Shown in pieces: positions 1-13,800 of a stretch of DNA of 64,000 nt. The DNA is from Octopus vulgaris (taxonomy: Eukaryota), in assembly GCA_951406725.2 (NCBI GenBank), contig OX597819.1, positions 434,001 to 498,000 on the forward strand, read 5' to 3'. Below the pieces are notes generated by a model, which saw only the letters and a list, made by a program, of their open reading frames with translations, was not told the DNA's origin and ran no database searches. Each line of letters opens with the position of its first letter. Position 1 is the first letter of the stretch. Made by a program: the position numbers and the translations under genes.

Positions 1-450
1 ATTTAACATCCACTGTCCATGATGGCATGGGTTGGATGGTTTGACCAGGGCTGGTAAGCTGAGGGACTGCACCTCCAGCCTGATTTGGCATGGTTTCTAT
101 GGCTGGATGCCCTTCCTAACAGCAACCACTCTGAGAGTGTAATGAGTGTTTTTATGTGCCACTTGCATGGGTGCCAATTGTGTGACACCAGTATCTGCCA
201 TGGCTACAAGTTGACTTGGCCTGATGGGTTTTCTTCTCAAGCATGGCATATTGCCAAAGGTCTCGGTCATTTGTCATTGCCTCCGTGAGGCCAAATGCTT
301 GAAAGGTGCCTTTTATGTGCTAGTGACATGGGTGCTAGTTATGTAACATCGGCATCAGTCACTTTGCCTCCCTGAGACCCAATGCTTGAAAGATGCTTTC
401 TACATGCCACCAGTACAGGTGCCAGTTACATGGCACTGACATCGGCCACG
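1..450 (-). mobile_element. RTE-LINE 3'-tail-related interspersed repeat (degenerate)
   Basis: Contains the family motifs catgggttggatggtttgac and ctggatgcccttcctaac..caaccac, also seen at about 10655, 15045, 30893, 38050, 44976 and 56405; at 30893-32005 this tail is joined to RTE reverse transcriptase sequence. Confidence 0.7.
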
Positions 451-469
451 ATTATAATTATATATATAT

Positions 470-790
470 AAGGCGCATGGCTTAGTGGTTAGGGCATTTG
501 GCTCACAACTGTAAGGTCGTCAGTTCAATTCCCGGCGACATGTTGTGTCCTTGAGCAAGATACTTTATTTCACGTTGCTCTAGTCCACTCAGCTGGCAAA
601 AATGAGTTGTACCTGTATTTCAAAGGGCCGGCCTTGTCACACTCTGTGTCATGCTGAATCTCCCTGAGAGCTACGTTAGGGGTACGCATGTCTGTGGATT
701 GCTCAGTCACTTGCACGTTAATTTCACGAGCAGGCTGTTCCGTTGATCGGATCAGCTGGGTCCCTCGTCATCGAAACAGACGGAGTCCTC
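470..790 (+). mobile_element. tRNA-derived SINE
   Basis: A-box-like tggcttagtggtt and B-box-like gttcaattcc head; 3' body (cctgtatttcaaagggccggccttgtcac...) shared with the SINEs at 18355 and 22778. Confidence 0.75.
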
Positions 791-1543
791 CTATCCAATA
801 TATATATAGACACACACACATACATCCTTCACTGGATTAATCATTAAGCAAAAAAAAGCATGTGCTTAGGACATCAAGAGAAGCTGGGGTACTAAAGAAA
901 TGGTAAATGGTTTATGGTATAAAAGAAATAACTTAAAACTTGCTAAAATAATATTCAAAGTGGCTTATATTATCAGAAATATAATTTTGAAGTGTTCATG
1001 GTGTCATAGTGCGGATCTGATCAAAAACTTTGCAATTAAAAAAAAGTAGGAGAAAACTTCAAATAAAGTGAAAGTGTAGGAAAATAAAGCATTATTTTCT
1101 ATCTTAATGTTAGTTTTGTTTCCCTTTGAAAAGGAAATGTTTATTTACGGTTTACTATTGATTATATTTTAAATTACATATGTATGGAGTCACCAAAATT
1201 TTTTAAGTGCTTAGGGCCCCTATGGGTCACAGACATCACCAATACATAAGCTTGTAGTGACAAGGAAATATATCCACACATCATACCTACACTTGCATGT
1301 TGCTAAGGCAGCAAGCATGTTATGTATGCCTTTGAGAGGTGGTGGGCATGGATAGGCGTTAAAAAGAGAGTAGAAAGATACAGATTTCACGCTCTTGTTC
1401 CTTAGTAAGATTATTGCTTAAAATTATTTATTCATTTAAGGTACACTAACACTTGAAAGAATGAAAATTATGTATATATTTGTACAATATACATACATAT
1501 GTGTGTATATATGAATGTATATATATATATATATATACATGTG

Positions 1544-1596
<53 letters not shown>

Positions 1597-1617
1597 TATA
1601 TAGATATATATATATAT

Positions 1618-1655
<38 letters not shown>

Positions 1656-1830
1656 GCACATCGATGTGTATACGTGTTTGTATCTGTTGGGTAACGTGTA
1701 GCAGTTTTTTCTCTCTGTTTCCTATCGAGTATGATAAGCAGCCAGAACGACAATAACACCTATTTTGACAACAACAGCAACGATTGATTTGCAAGCAATT
1801 TTAGCATAAGAAGTTCGGTTGATTACTTAC

Positions 1831-1885
1831 CTGAGGCTAGCTGAGATTGTCCTTGCGGTGTCTGCGAAAAATAATCCAAGTCCAT
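1831..1885 (-). CDS. Probable first coding exon of an unidentified minus-strand gene (MDLDYFSQTPQGQSQLAS-G)
   Basis: ATG at 1885, 55-nt open frame ending in a consensus CAG|GTAAGT donor (acttac at 1825-1830), in a CpG-richer non-repetitive stretch; downstream exons not identified in the window. Confidence 0.5.
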
Positions 1886-2549
1886 ATTTCTATTTCGGTA
1901 AATTGTATAAAGTGGACAAATCGAAAATCATGAAAAGACCGTTTGTTAATAAGTGCTTTTCTTGTAAAATCCACATCGCGTTGGCACATGGCCTTTTTAT
2001 ATACAAGTGATTACGATGAAAGATATCACCTGCAGCGCTGATATTTGCTAAGCGCGTGTGACTAAAAATATCGCTCGGGTTATTAATGTTTACATAATCA
2101 CTATTTTAGATTGATTGATGAGCGGATGATCACACTCGTAATTTCTTACTCGGATGTTCATTTGGCATAATTCCACGGACTTAACGATTTAATTTGCACC
2201 TGTTGAGAGCTTAGTTGACATAAAGAAGAAAGTGCGTGTATATGATAGGCGGATTTGCTGCGACTGCTCAGTGAAGGATGGTGGAGCGGGTGAAGCTGAT
2301 GAAGAAATCAATTTTTTGTTCGCAGAAAATTACTGGATTAGGAAAGAAAAAGAATTTTTTTTTTTTAATGGATGTTCATTTAGTTTTGCTTTCGTCTTTT
2401 TCGGCATCAATTAAATAAATAACAGGTATTGTACCTTGTGGAAGACAATCACTGTATTACAATTTTATTTTACTTAAAGCTGTTACATGTTTTGAAGGCG
2501 TATAAATAAATAAATAAATAAAGAAAGAAAGAAATATGAATTGTACGAG

Positions 2550-2875
2550 TATTGCCCTGTGGTTAATACGTTTGCATTATGCTCGCATGCTCCCGGGTTC
2601 AGTCCTACTGCATGGAAACATAGGCAAGTGTCTTCTATAACTGTGTTAGTTACAATGCCTTGCAAGTGGATCTGGTAGACGGAAACTGAAAGAAGCCCGC
2701 CGTATATGTATGTATGTATACGTATGTGTATTTGCATGTATGTAGGCGTATGTGTGTATGTATATATGCATACGTATGTGTGTGTTGGAAGACAAACTGG
2801 TGTTGATTTGTTTGAACCCGCAACGAAGCGGTTCGGCAACAAAGATTGAAAAAGTAAGTACCGGTTTAAAAATAA
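2550..2875 (+). mobile_element. Diverged tRNA-derived SINE with internal (TA/TG)n
   Basis: ggttcagtcctactgcatgg...gcaagtgtcttcta...ggtagacggaaactgaaagaagccc; reverse complement of the family at 4025-4438 and 41945-42352. Confidence 0.7.
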
Positions 2876-2961
2876 TGTGTGTGTGTGTGAAAAATCAATA
2901 TAAATATAGAAAATTGGGTCAATATACAGTTTAAGACCCGGTCACGAAAACAAAAAAAAAG

Positions 2962-3753
2962 TCGGCACTTTGTAACATAATTTCTAGTTAACTAAAAAGT
3001 TTTAAACTTCATATACTGGTAGAATGTGTTTATAAAACATCATTTTCTCTTGGCTTTATTGAGAAAATTCTATAGGTTGTAAGATATTTCGTCTTTAATT
3101 TTGAGCATTTCGGCAATTTTAACCAATTGCTGACGTCCATTCAGGTAAATAACATTCTGTGCATAATGAATATGTCCCTCGTTTAAGAAACAGATTGGGT
3201 TTATTTACATTTGTGAAGAAAAAAGATACTGTTCCCCCACCCCTAACCCTAACTCTAACCCTAAATCTAAAGTAGATTGAAATGCAATAGATCGATACTA
3301 GGGCCATAATTATGGGTGACATTTTCATTTGACACCGCTAGAAAAAAAATCCCATTTTCCGTAGCGGTGTCGTATGAAATTGTCACCCATAATTATAACC
3401 CTAGTATCGATCTATTGCATTTCAATCTACTTTAGATTTAGGGTTAGTTAGGTTAGGGATGGGGGAAGGTATCTTTTTTCTTCACAAATGTAAATAAACC
3501 CAATCTGGTTCTTAAAGGAGGGACATATTCATTATGCACAGAATGTTATTTACCTGAATGGACCTCAGCAATTGGTTAAAATTGCCGAAATGCTCAAAAT
3601 TAAAGACGATATATGTTACAACCTATAGAATTTTCTCAATAAAGCCAAGAAAAAATGATGTTTTATAAACACATTCTACCGGTATATGAAGTTTTAAAAG
3701 TGTTTAGTTAACTAGAAATTGTGTTGAAAAGTGCCGTTCAAAAGGAAAAGATC
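2962..3753. mobile_element. Inverted (tail-to-tail) dimer of the MITE found at 35740-36157
   Basis: About 390-bp arms are reverse complements of each other and each matches 35740-36157; the right end keeps the TIR gttcaaaaggaaaagatcc; contains ccctaa/ttaggg motifs. Confidence 0.75.
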
Positions 3754-4024
3754 CAAAAAGTCAGTCTACTAAGTGTAGAAAAAATGTGTAGAAAATGAAT
3801 TTGAGAACAAAAATTTGCACAAACGACCAGAGTGGGGAGAGGACTTTCGGAAAATTCACAAGAACCGATTTTTCCCTCATAATTTTCAGGAAAATGGATA
3901 TATATTGATGAAATTTTATAGAAATACCGTCCAAATGGCACAGATTACGGTTATAAAGAAATTTGTGTTGAAAGTGTTTCCCGAAGGGGTGGAGAGAGGA
4001 TTTCGGAAAATTTACACGATTCTC

Positions 4025-4438
4025 TTTACTCTCTTTACTCTTTTACTTGTTTCAGTCAACTGACTGCGGCCATGCTGGAGCACCACCTTTTAGTCGAGCA
4101 AATCGACCCCGGGACTTATTCTTTGTAAGCCCAGTACTTATTCTATCGGTCTCTTTTGCCGGACCGCTAAGTGACGGGGACGTAAACACACCAGCATCGG
4201 TTGTCAAGCAATGCTAGGGGAACAAACACAGACACACAAACACATACACACACATATATATATATACATATATACGACAGGCTTCTTTCAGTTTCCGTCT
4301 ACCAAATCCACTCACAAGGCATTGGTCGGCCCGGGGCTATAGCAGAAGACACTTGCCCAAGATGCCACGCAGTGGGACTGAACCCGGATCCATGTGGTTG
4401 GTTAGCAAGCTACTTACCACACAGCCACTCCTGCGCCT
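4025..4438 (-). mobile_element. Full-length tRNA-derived SINE
   Basis: Minus-strand head aggcgcaggagtggctgtgtggtaag...gggttcagtcccactgcgtggca; tail actgaaacaagtaaaagagtaaagag; near-identical copy at 41945-42352. Confidence 0.85.
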
Positions 4439-5552
4439 ATTCGTATTTTTCTTTCTAATAACTTTCAGGATCTAGTTTAGCACCCGGTCACCAAAACGAA
4501 AAGAAAACCAGTTTACTAGGTGTAAAAAATCGCGTAGAGAACGAATATGAAAACAAAAAATTACACAACGGAACCAGGGGTGGCTAGGAAGAGGACTTTT
4601 GGGAAAATTCACATGATCCAATTTTTTCCTAAAAGTTATGCTTTTAGGAAAATGGATATCTTGTGATGAAATTTTACAGAACCACCTTTCAAATGGCATA
4701 GATTACGATTATAAAGAAATTTGTGGTGAAAATGTTTTCCAGAAAGTTATGATATCAGATCGGGCGAATTTTCCAAAAGTCCTCTCCCCACTCATCCCTG
4801 TTCGTTTGCACAAATTTTTGTTTTCATATTTGTTTTCTACACGTTCTTTTACACCTATTACATTGTTTTTTGGGGGGGTTTTCTTTCTTGGTGACTGGGC
4901 GCTAAACTAGATCCTGAAAGTTACGAGTGGTAAAAACGGATCCTGTGAATTTTCTGACACACATTGCAATTCTCCACCATTTCAGAAAACATTTTCCCCT
5001 CAAATTTCTTTATAATTGTAATCTATGCCGTTTGAAAGGTGTTTCTGTAAAATTTTAATAAAAGATATCCATCTTCCTGAAATTTATGAGGGAAATAAAC
5101 GAATCGTGTGAATTTTCTGAAATCCTCTTTCCACCCCTTCGAAAAACATTTTCCTCACAAATTTCTTTATAATCGTAATTTGTGCCATTTGAACTATATT
5201 TCCATAAAATTTCATTAATATATATCCATTTTCCTGAAAGTTATGAGGGAAAAATTGGCTCTTGTGAATTTTCCAAAAATCCTCTCCCCACCCGTTCATT
5301 TGTACAAATTCTTCTTTTCATATTCGTTTTCTACACATTTTTTTTACACCTAGTAGGGTGGGCTTTTTTTTTGCTTTTTTCGTGACCACGTCTTAAACTG
5401 TATATTGACTGAGAAGGTCATAAGCTTTACAATTTAGAAAAGAGGCTACTCTGATAATTAAAGAAAGTTAATTGAAGGCAATAATTTCTTTATAAATTAA
5501 AATTTCTTGGTATTAAAATTTTGTTGCTGAATAAAAGCATTATTTGTTCAGC

Positions 5553-8500
5553 TGGACTTTATTGATTTGTCCTGATACAAACACATCAGATTGCTAGGAC
5601 TTAATTAATTGATTTGTCCTGATACAAACACATCAGATTGCTAGGACTTAACTAATTGATTTGTCCAGGATACAAACACATCAGATTGCTAGGACTTAAT
5701 TAATTGATTTGTCAGGATACAAACACATCAGATTGCTAGGACTTAATTAATTGATTTGTCCTGATACAAACACATCAGATTGCTAGGACTTAACTAATTG
5801 ATTTGTCCTGATACAAACACATCAGATTGCTAGGACTTAATTAATTGATTTGTCAGGATACAAACACATCAGATTGCTAGGACTTAATTAATTGATTTGC
5901 TAGACTTATTGTTGTCCTGATACAAAAACATCAGATTGCTAGGACTTAACTAATTGATTTGTCCTGATACAAACACATCAGATTGCTAGGACTTAATTAA
6001 TTGATTTGTCAGGATACAAACACATCAGATTGCTAGGACTTAACTAATTGATTTGTCCTGATACAAACACATCAGATTGCTAGGACTTAATTAATTGATT
6101 TGTCCTGATACAAACACATCACATTGCTAGGACTTAATTAATTGATTTGTCCTGATACAAACACATCAGATTGCTAGGACTTAATTAATTGATTTGTCCT
6201 GATACAAACACATCAGATTGCTAGGACTTAATTAATTGATTTGTCAGGATACAAACACATCAGATTGCTAGGACTTAATTAATTGATTTGTCCTGATACA
6301 AACACATCAGATTGCTAGGACTTAATTAATTGATTTGTCCTGATACAAACACATCAGATTGCTAGGACTTAACTAATTGATTTGTCAGGATACAAACACA
6401 TCAGATTGCTAGGACTTAATTAATTGATTTGTCAGGATACAAACACATCAGATTGCTAGGACTTAACTAATTGATTTGTCCTGATACAAACACATCAGAT
6501 TGCTAGGACTTAATTAATTGATTTGTCAGGATACAAACACATCAGATTGCTAGGACTACAAACACATCAGATTGCTAGGAATGATACAAACACATCAGAT
6601 TGCTAGGACTTAATTAATTGATTTGTCCTGATACAAACACATCAGATTGCTAGGACTTAATTAATTGATTTGTCCTGATACAAACACATCAGATTGCTAG
6701 GATTTAATTAATTGATTTGTCAGGATGCAAACACATCAGATTGCTAGGACTTAATTAATTGATTTGTCCTGATACAAACACATGAGATTGCTAGGATTTA
6801 ACTAATTGATTTGTCAGGATACAAACACATCAGATTGCTAAGACTTAATTAATTGATTTGTCCTGATACAAACACATCAGATTGCTAGGACTTAACTAAT
6901 TGATTTGTCAGGATACAAACACATCAGATTGCTAGGACTTAATTAATTTATTTGTCCTGATACAAACACATCAGATTGCTAGGACTTAATTAATTGATTT
7001 GTCCTGATACAAACACATCAGATTGCTAGGACTTAACTAATTGATTTGTCCTGATACAAACACATCAGATTGCTAGGACTTAACTAATTGATTTGTCAGG
7101 ATACAAACACATCAGATTGCTAGGACTTAATTAATTGATTTGTCCTGATACAAACACATCAGATTGCTAGGACTTAACTAATTGATTTGTCAGGATACAA
7201 ACACATCAGATTGCTAGGACTTAACTAATTGATTTGTCAGGATACAAACACATCAGATTGCTAGGACTTAATTAATTGATTTGTCCTGATACAAACACAT
7301 CAGATTGCTAGGACTTAACTAATTGATTTGTCAGGATACAAACACATCAGATTGCTAGGACTTAATTAATTGATTTGTCCTGATACAAACACATCAGATT
7401 GCTAGGACTTAATTAATTGATTTGTCAGGATACAAACACATCAGATTGCTAGGACTTAATTAATTGATTTGTCCTGATACAAACACATCAGATTGCTAGG
7501 ACTTGCTAATTGACTTAACTTAATTAATTGATTTTGTCAGATTGCTGATACAAACACATCAGATTGCTAGGACTAATTGATTTGTTGATACAAACACATC
7601 AGATTGCTAGGACTTAATTAATTGATTTGTCAGGATACAAACACATCAGATTGCTAGGACTTAATTAATTGATTTGTCCTGATACAAACACATCAGATTG
7701 CTAGGACTTAACTAATTGATTTGTCAGGATACAAACACATCAGATTGCTAGGACTTAATTAATTGATTTGTCAGGATACAAACACATCAGATTGCTAGGA
7801 CTTAATTAATTGATTTGTCAGGATACAAACACATCAGATTGCTAAGACTTAATTAATTGATTTGTCTTGATACAAACACATCAGATTGCTAGGACTTATC
7901 TAATTGATTTGTCCTGATACAAACACATCAGATTGCTAGGACTTAATTAATTGATTTGTCAGGATACAAACACATCAGATTGCTAGGACTTAATTAATTG
8001 ATTTGTCCTGATACAAACACATCAGATTGCTAGGACTTAATAATTGATTTGTCTACAAACACATCAGATTGCTAGGACTTAATTGATTTGTCGATACAAA
8101 CACATCAGATTGCTAGGACTTAATTAATTGATTTGTCCTGATACAAACACATCAGATTGCTAGGACTTAATTAATTGATTTGTCCTGATACAAACACATC
8201 AGATTGCTAGGACTTAATTAATTGATTTGTCCTGATACAAACACATCAGATTGCTAGGACTTAATTAATTGATTTGTCCTGATACAAACACATCAGATTG
8301 CTAGGACTTAATTAATTGATTTGTCCTGATACAAACACATCAGATTGCTAGGACTTAATTAATTGATTTGTCCTGATACAAACACATCAGATTGCTAGGA
8401 CTTAATTAATTGATTTGTCCTGATACAAACACATCAGATTGCTAGGACTTAATTAATTGATTTGTCCTGATACAAACACATCAGATTGCTAGGACTTAAT

Positions 8501-10559
8501 TAATTGATTTGTCAGGATACAAACACATCAGATTGCTAGGACTTAACTAATTGATTTGTCAGGATACAAACACATCAGATTGCTAAGACTTAATTAATTG
8601 ATTTGTCCTGATACAAACACATCAGATTGCTAGGACTTATCTAATTGATTTGTCCTGATACAAACACATGAGATTGCTAGGACTTAACTAATTGATTTGT
8701 CAGGATACAAACACATCAGATTGCTAGGACTTAATTAATTGATTTGTCAGGATACAAACACATCAGATTTCTAGGACTTAATTAATTGATTTGTCCTGAT
8801 ACAAACACATCAGATTGTTAGGACTTAATTAATTGATTTGTCCTGATACAAACACATCAGATTGCTAGGACTTAACTAATTGATTTGTCAGGATACAAAC
8901 ACATCAGATTGCTAGGACTTAATTAATTGATTTGTCCTGATACAAACACATCAGATTGCTAGGACTTAATTAATTGATTTGTCCTGATACAAACACATCA
9001 GATTGCTAGGACTTAACTAATTGATTTGTCCTGATACAAACACATCAGATTGCTAGGACTTAATTAATTGATTTGTCAGGATACAAACACATCAGATTGC
9101 TAGGACTTAATTAATTGATTTGTCAGGATACAAACACATCAGATTGCTAGGACTTAATTAATTGATTTGTCCTGATACAAACACATCAGATTGCTAGGAC
9201 TTAACTAATTGATTTGTCCTGATACAAACACATCAGATTGCTAGGACTTAATTAATTGATTTGTCCTGATACAAACACATCAGATTGCTAGGACTTAACT
9301 AATTGATTTGTCAGGATACAAACACATCAGATTGCTAGGACTTAATTAATTGATTTGTCCTGATACAAACACATCAGATTGCTAGGACTTAATTAATTGA
9401 TTTGTCCTGATACAAACACATCAGATTGCTAGGACTTAATTAATTGATTTGTCAGGATACAAACACATCAGATTGCTAGGACTTAATTAATTGATTTGTC
9501 CTGATACAAACACATCAGATTGCTAGGACTTAATTAATTGATTTGTCCTGATACAAACACATCAGATTGCTAGGACTTAATTAATTGATTTGTCCTGATA
9601 CAAACACATCAGATTGCTAGGACTTAATTAATTGATTTGTCCTGATACAAACACATCAGATTGCTAGGACTTAATTAATTGATTTGTCCTGATACAAACA
9701 CATCAGATTGCTAGGACTTAATTAATTGATTTGTCCTGATACAAACACATCAGATTGCTAGGACTTAATAATTGATTTGTCAGGATACAAACACATCAGA
9801 TTGCTAGGACTTAATTAATTGATTTGTCCTGATACAAACACATCAGATTGCTAGGACTTAATTAATTGATTTGTCCTGATACAAACACATCAGATTGCTA
9901 GGACTTAATTAATTGATTTGTCCTGATGCAAACACATCAGATTGCTAGGACTTAACTAATTGATTTGTCCTGATACAAACACATCAGATTGCTAGGACTT
10001 AATTAATTGATTTGTCCTGATACAAACACATCAGATTGCTAGGACTTAATTAATTGATTTGTCCTGATACAAACACATCAGATTGCTAGGACTTAATTAA
10101 TTGATTTGTCCTGATACAAACACATCAGATTGCTAGGACTTAACTAATTGATTTGTCCTGATACAAACACATCAGATTGCTAGGACTTAATTAATTGATT
10201 TGTCAGGATACAAACACATCAGATTGCTAGGACTTAACTAATTGATTTGTCAGGATACAAACACATCAGATTGCTAGGACTTAATTAATTGATTTGTCCT
10301 GATGCAAACACATCAGATTGCTAGGACTTAACTAATTGATTTGTCAGGATACAAACACATCAGATTGCTAGGACTTAATTAATTGATTTGTCCTGATACA
10401 AACACATCAGATTGCTAGGACTTAATTAATTGATTTGTCCTGATGCAAACACATCAGATTGCTAGGACTTAATTAATTGATTTGTCCTGATACAAACACA
10501 TCAGATTGCTAGGACTTAACTAATTGATTTGTCAGGATACAAACACATCAGATTGCTAA
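5553..10559. repeat. 47-bp satellite array, about 105 copies
   Basis: Unit ttaattaattgatttgtcctgatacaaacacatcagattgctaggac in direct tandem, no spacers; recurrent variants aTt/aCt and tcctga/tcagga. Confidence 0.97.
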
Positions 10560-10654
10560 GTGCAAGATTATAAATAAAATCAACCTTTATTACTTCTCAA
10601 GAGAAAATTAAAAGATTACAAATATAGACTCCTTGGGCTGCGACAGAAAATGAA

Positions 10655-10860
10655 TTCATCATCATCATTTCGTGTCTATTTTCCATGCTGGCATGGATTT
10701 GACAGTTTGACTGGAACTGGTGGACCAGAGAGCTTACACCAGGTTCCAGTTTGTTTTTTAGCTTGGTTTCTACAGTTGGATGCCCTTCCTAATGCCAACT
10801 ACCTTACAGAGAGTAGAAGGTGTCTTTTATGTGTTACTGACAGAGGCACATTTCACATGT
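10655..10860 (-). mobile_element. RTE-tail-related repeat leading into the 26-bp satellite
   Basis: (cat)n, ttccatgctggcatgg, ggatgcccttcctaatgccaac family motifs. Confidence 0.75.
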
Positions 10861-13800
10861 CACCCGTGTGGGTACCTTTTACACATCACCAGCATGGGTG
10901 CCCTTTAACAGATCACCTGCATGGGTGCCTTTTACGTGTCACCAGCATGGGTGCCTTTTATGTGTCACCAGCATGGGTGCCTTTTACGTGTCACCAGCAT
11001 GGGTGCCTTTTATGTGTCACCTGCATGGGTGCCTTTTACGTGTCACCAGCATGGGTGCCTTTTATGTGTCACCAGCATGGGTGCCTTTTACGTGTCACCA
11101 GCATGGGTGCCTTTTACGTGTCACCAGCATGGGTGCCTTTAGTGTCACCTGCATGGGTGCCTTTTACGTGTCACCAGCATGGGTGCCTTTTACGTGTCAC
11201 CAGCATGGGTGCCTTTACGTGTCACCAGCATGGGTGCCTTTTATGTGTCACCTGCATGGGTGGGTGTCACCTGCATGGGTGCCTTTACGTGTCACCAGCC
11301 AGTCACCAGCATGGGTGCCTTTTACGTGTCACCAGCATGGGTGCCTTTTATGTGTCACCTGCATGGGTGCCTTTTACGTGTCACCAGCATGGGTGCCTTT
11401 TACGTGTTGGGTACGTGTCACCAGCATGGGTGCCTTTTACGTGTCACCAGCATGGTGCCTTTAGTGTCACCTGCATGGGTGCCTTTACGTGTCACCAGCA
11501 TGGGTGCCTTTTATGTGTCACCTGCATGGGTGCCTTTACGTGTCACCAGCATGGGTGCCTTTTATGTGTCACCTGCATGGGTGCCTTTTACGTGTCACCA
11601 GCATGGGTGCCTTTTACGTGTCACCAGCATGGGTGCCTTTTATGTGTCACCAGCATGGGTGCCTTTTACGTGTCACCAGCATGGGTGCCTTTTACGTGTC
11701 ACCAGCATGGGTGCCTTTACGTGTCACCAGCATGGGTGCCTTTTATGTGTCACCAGCATGGGTGCCTTTTATGTGTCACCTGCATGGGTGCCTTTTACGT
11801 GTCACCAGCATGGGTGCCTTTTATGTGTCACCAGCATGGGTGCCTTTTACGTGTCACCAGCATGGGTGCCTTTTATGTGTCACCAGCATGGGTGCCTTTT
11901 ACGTGTCACCAGCATGGGTGCCTTTTACGTGTCACCAGCATGGGTGCCTTTTACGTGTCACCAGCATGGGTGCCTTTTACGTGTCACCAGCATGGGTGCC
12001 TTTTACGTGTCACCAGCATGGGTGCCTTTTACGTGTCACCAGCATGGGTGCCTTTTACGTGTCACCAGCATGGGTGCCTTTTACGTGTCACCAGCATGGG
12101 TGCCTTTTATGTGTCACCAGCATGGGTGCCTTTTACGTGTCACCAGCATGGGTGCCTTTTACGTGTCACCAGCATGGGTGCCTTTTACGTGTCACCAGCA
12201 TGGGTGCCTTTTACGTGTCACCAGCATGGTGCCTTTTACGTGTCACCAGCATGGGTGCCTTTTACGTGTCACCAGCATGGGTGCCTTTTATGTGTCACCA
12301 GCATGGGTGCCTTTTATGTGTCACCTGCATGGGTGCCTTTTATGTGTCACCAGCATGGGTGCCTTTTATGTGTCACCTGCATGGGTGCCTTTTATGTGTC
12401 ACCTGCATGGGTGCCTTTTACGTGTCACCAGCATGGGTGCCTTTTACGTGTCACCAGCATGGGTGCCTTTTACGTGTCACCAGCATGGGTGCCTTTTACG
12501 TGTCACCAGCATGGGTGCCTTTTACGTGTCACCAGCATGGGTGCCTTTTACGTGTCACCAGCATGGGTGCCTTTTATGTGTCACCAGCATGGGTGCCTTT
12601 TATGTGTCACCAGCATGGGTGCCTTTTACGTGTCACCAGCATGGGTGCCTTTTACGTGTCACCAGCATGGGTGCCTTTTACGTGTCACCAGCATGGGTGC
12701 CTTTTATGTGTCACCAGCATGGGTGCCTTTTATGTGTCACCAGCATGGGTGCCTTTTACGTGTCACCAGCATGGGTGCCTTTTACGTGTCACCAGCATGG
12801 GTGCCTTTTACGTGTCACCAGCATGGGTGCCTTTTACGTGTCACCAGCATGGGTGCCTTTTACGTGTCACCAGCATGGGTGCCTTTTACGTGTCACCAGC
12901 ATGGGTGCCTTTTACGTGTCACCAGCATGGGTGCCTTTTATGTGTCACCAGCATGGGTGCCTTTTACGTGTCACCAGCATGGGTGCCTTTTATGTGTCAC
13001 CAGCATGGGTGCCTTTTACGTGTCACCAGCATGGGTGCCTTTTATGTGTCACCAGCATGGGTGCCTTTTATGTGTCACCAGCATGGGTGCCTTTTATGTG
13101 TCACCAGCATGGGTGCCTTTTACGTGTCACCAGCATGGGTGCCTTTTACGTGTCACCAGCATGGGTGCCTTTTATGTGTCACCAGCATGGGTGCCTTTTA
13201 CGTGTCACCAGCATGGGTGCCTTTTATGTGTCACCAGCATGGGTGCCTTTTATGTGTCACCAGCATGGGTGCCTTTTACGTGTCACCAGCATGGGTGCCT
13301 TTTATGTGTCACCTGCATGGGTGCCTTTTACGTGTCACCAGCATGGGTGCCTTTTACGTGTCACCAGCATGGGTGCCTTTTACGTGTCACCAGCATGGGT
13401 GCCTTTTACGTGTCACCAGCATGGGTGCCTTTTATGTGTCACCAGCATGGGTGCCTTTTACGTGTCACCAGCATGGGTGCCTTTTACGTGTCACCAGCAT
13501 GGGTGCCTTTTACGTGTCACCAGCATGGGTGCCTTTTACGTGTCACCAGCATGGGTGCCTTTTACGTGTCACCAGCATGGGTGCCTTTTATGTGTCACCA
13601 GCATGGGTGCCTTTTACGTGTCACCAGCATGGGTGCCTTTTACGTGTCACCAGCATGGGTGCCTTTTATGTGTCACCAGCATGGGTGCCTTTTACGTGTC
13701 ACCAGCATGGGTGCCTTTTACGTGTCACCAGCATGGGTGCCTTTTACGTGTCACCAGCATGGGTGCCTTTTACGTGTCACCAGCATGGGTGCCTTTTACG

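Larger units (their letters stand above)
2918..5409. mobile_element. Non-autonomous foldback-like TIR element with nested insertions
   Basis: Terminal inverted repeats gtcaatatacagtttaagac.cggtcacgaaaa (2918) / ttttcgtgaccacgtcttaaactgtatattgac (5409); internal modules (ggaaaattcac, ttttcaggaaaatggatat) repeated in both orientations; no coding capacity. Confidence 0.7.

Noticed and set aside
3238-3460. Telomere or interstitial telomeric array
   Set aside because: Only 2-3 CCCTAA units, internal to a MITE
5553-10559. CRISPR-like array
   Set aside because: Units are directly adjacent with no unique spacers, there are no cas genes, and the context is eukaryotic
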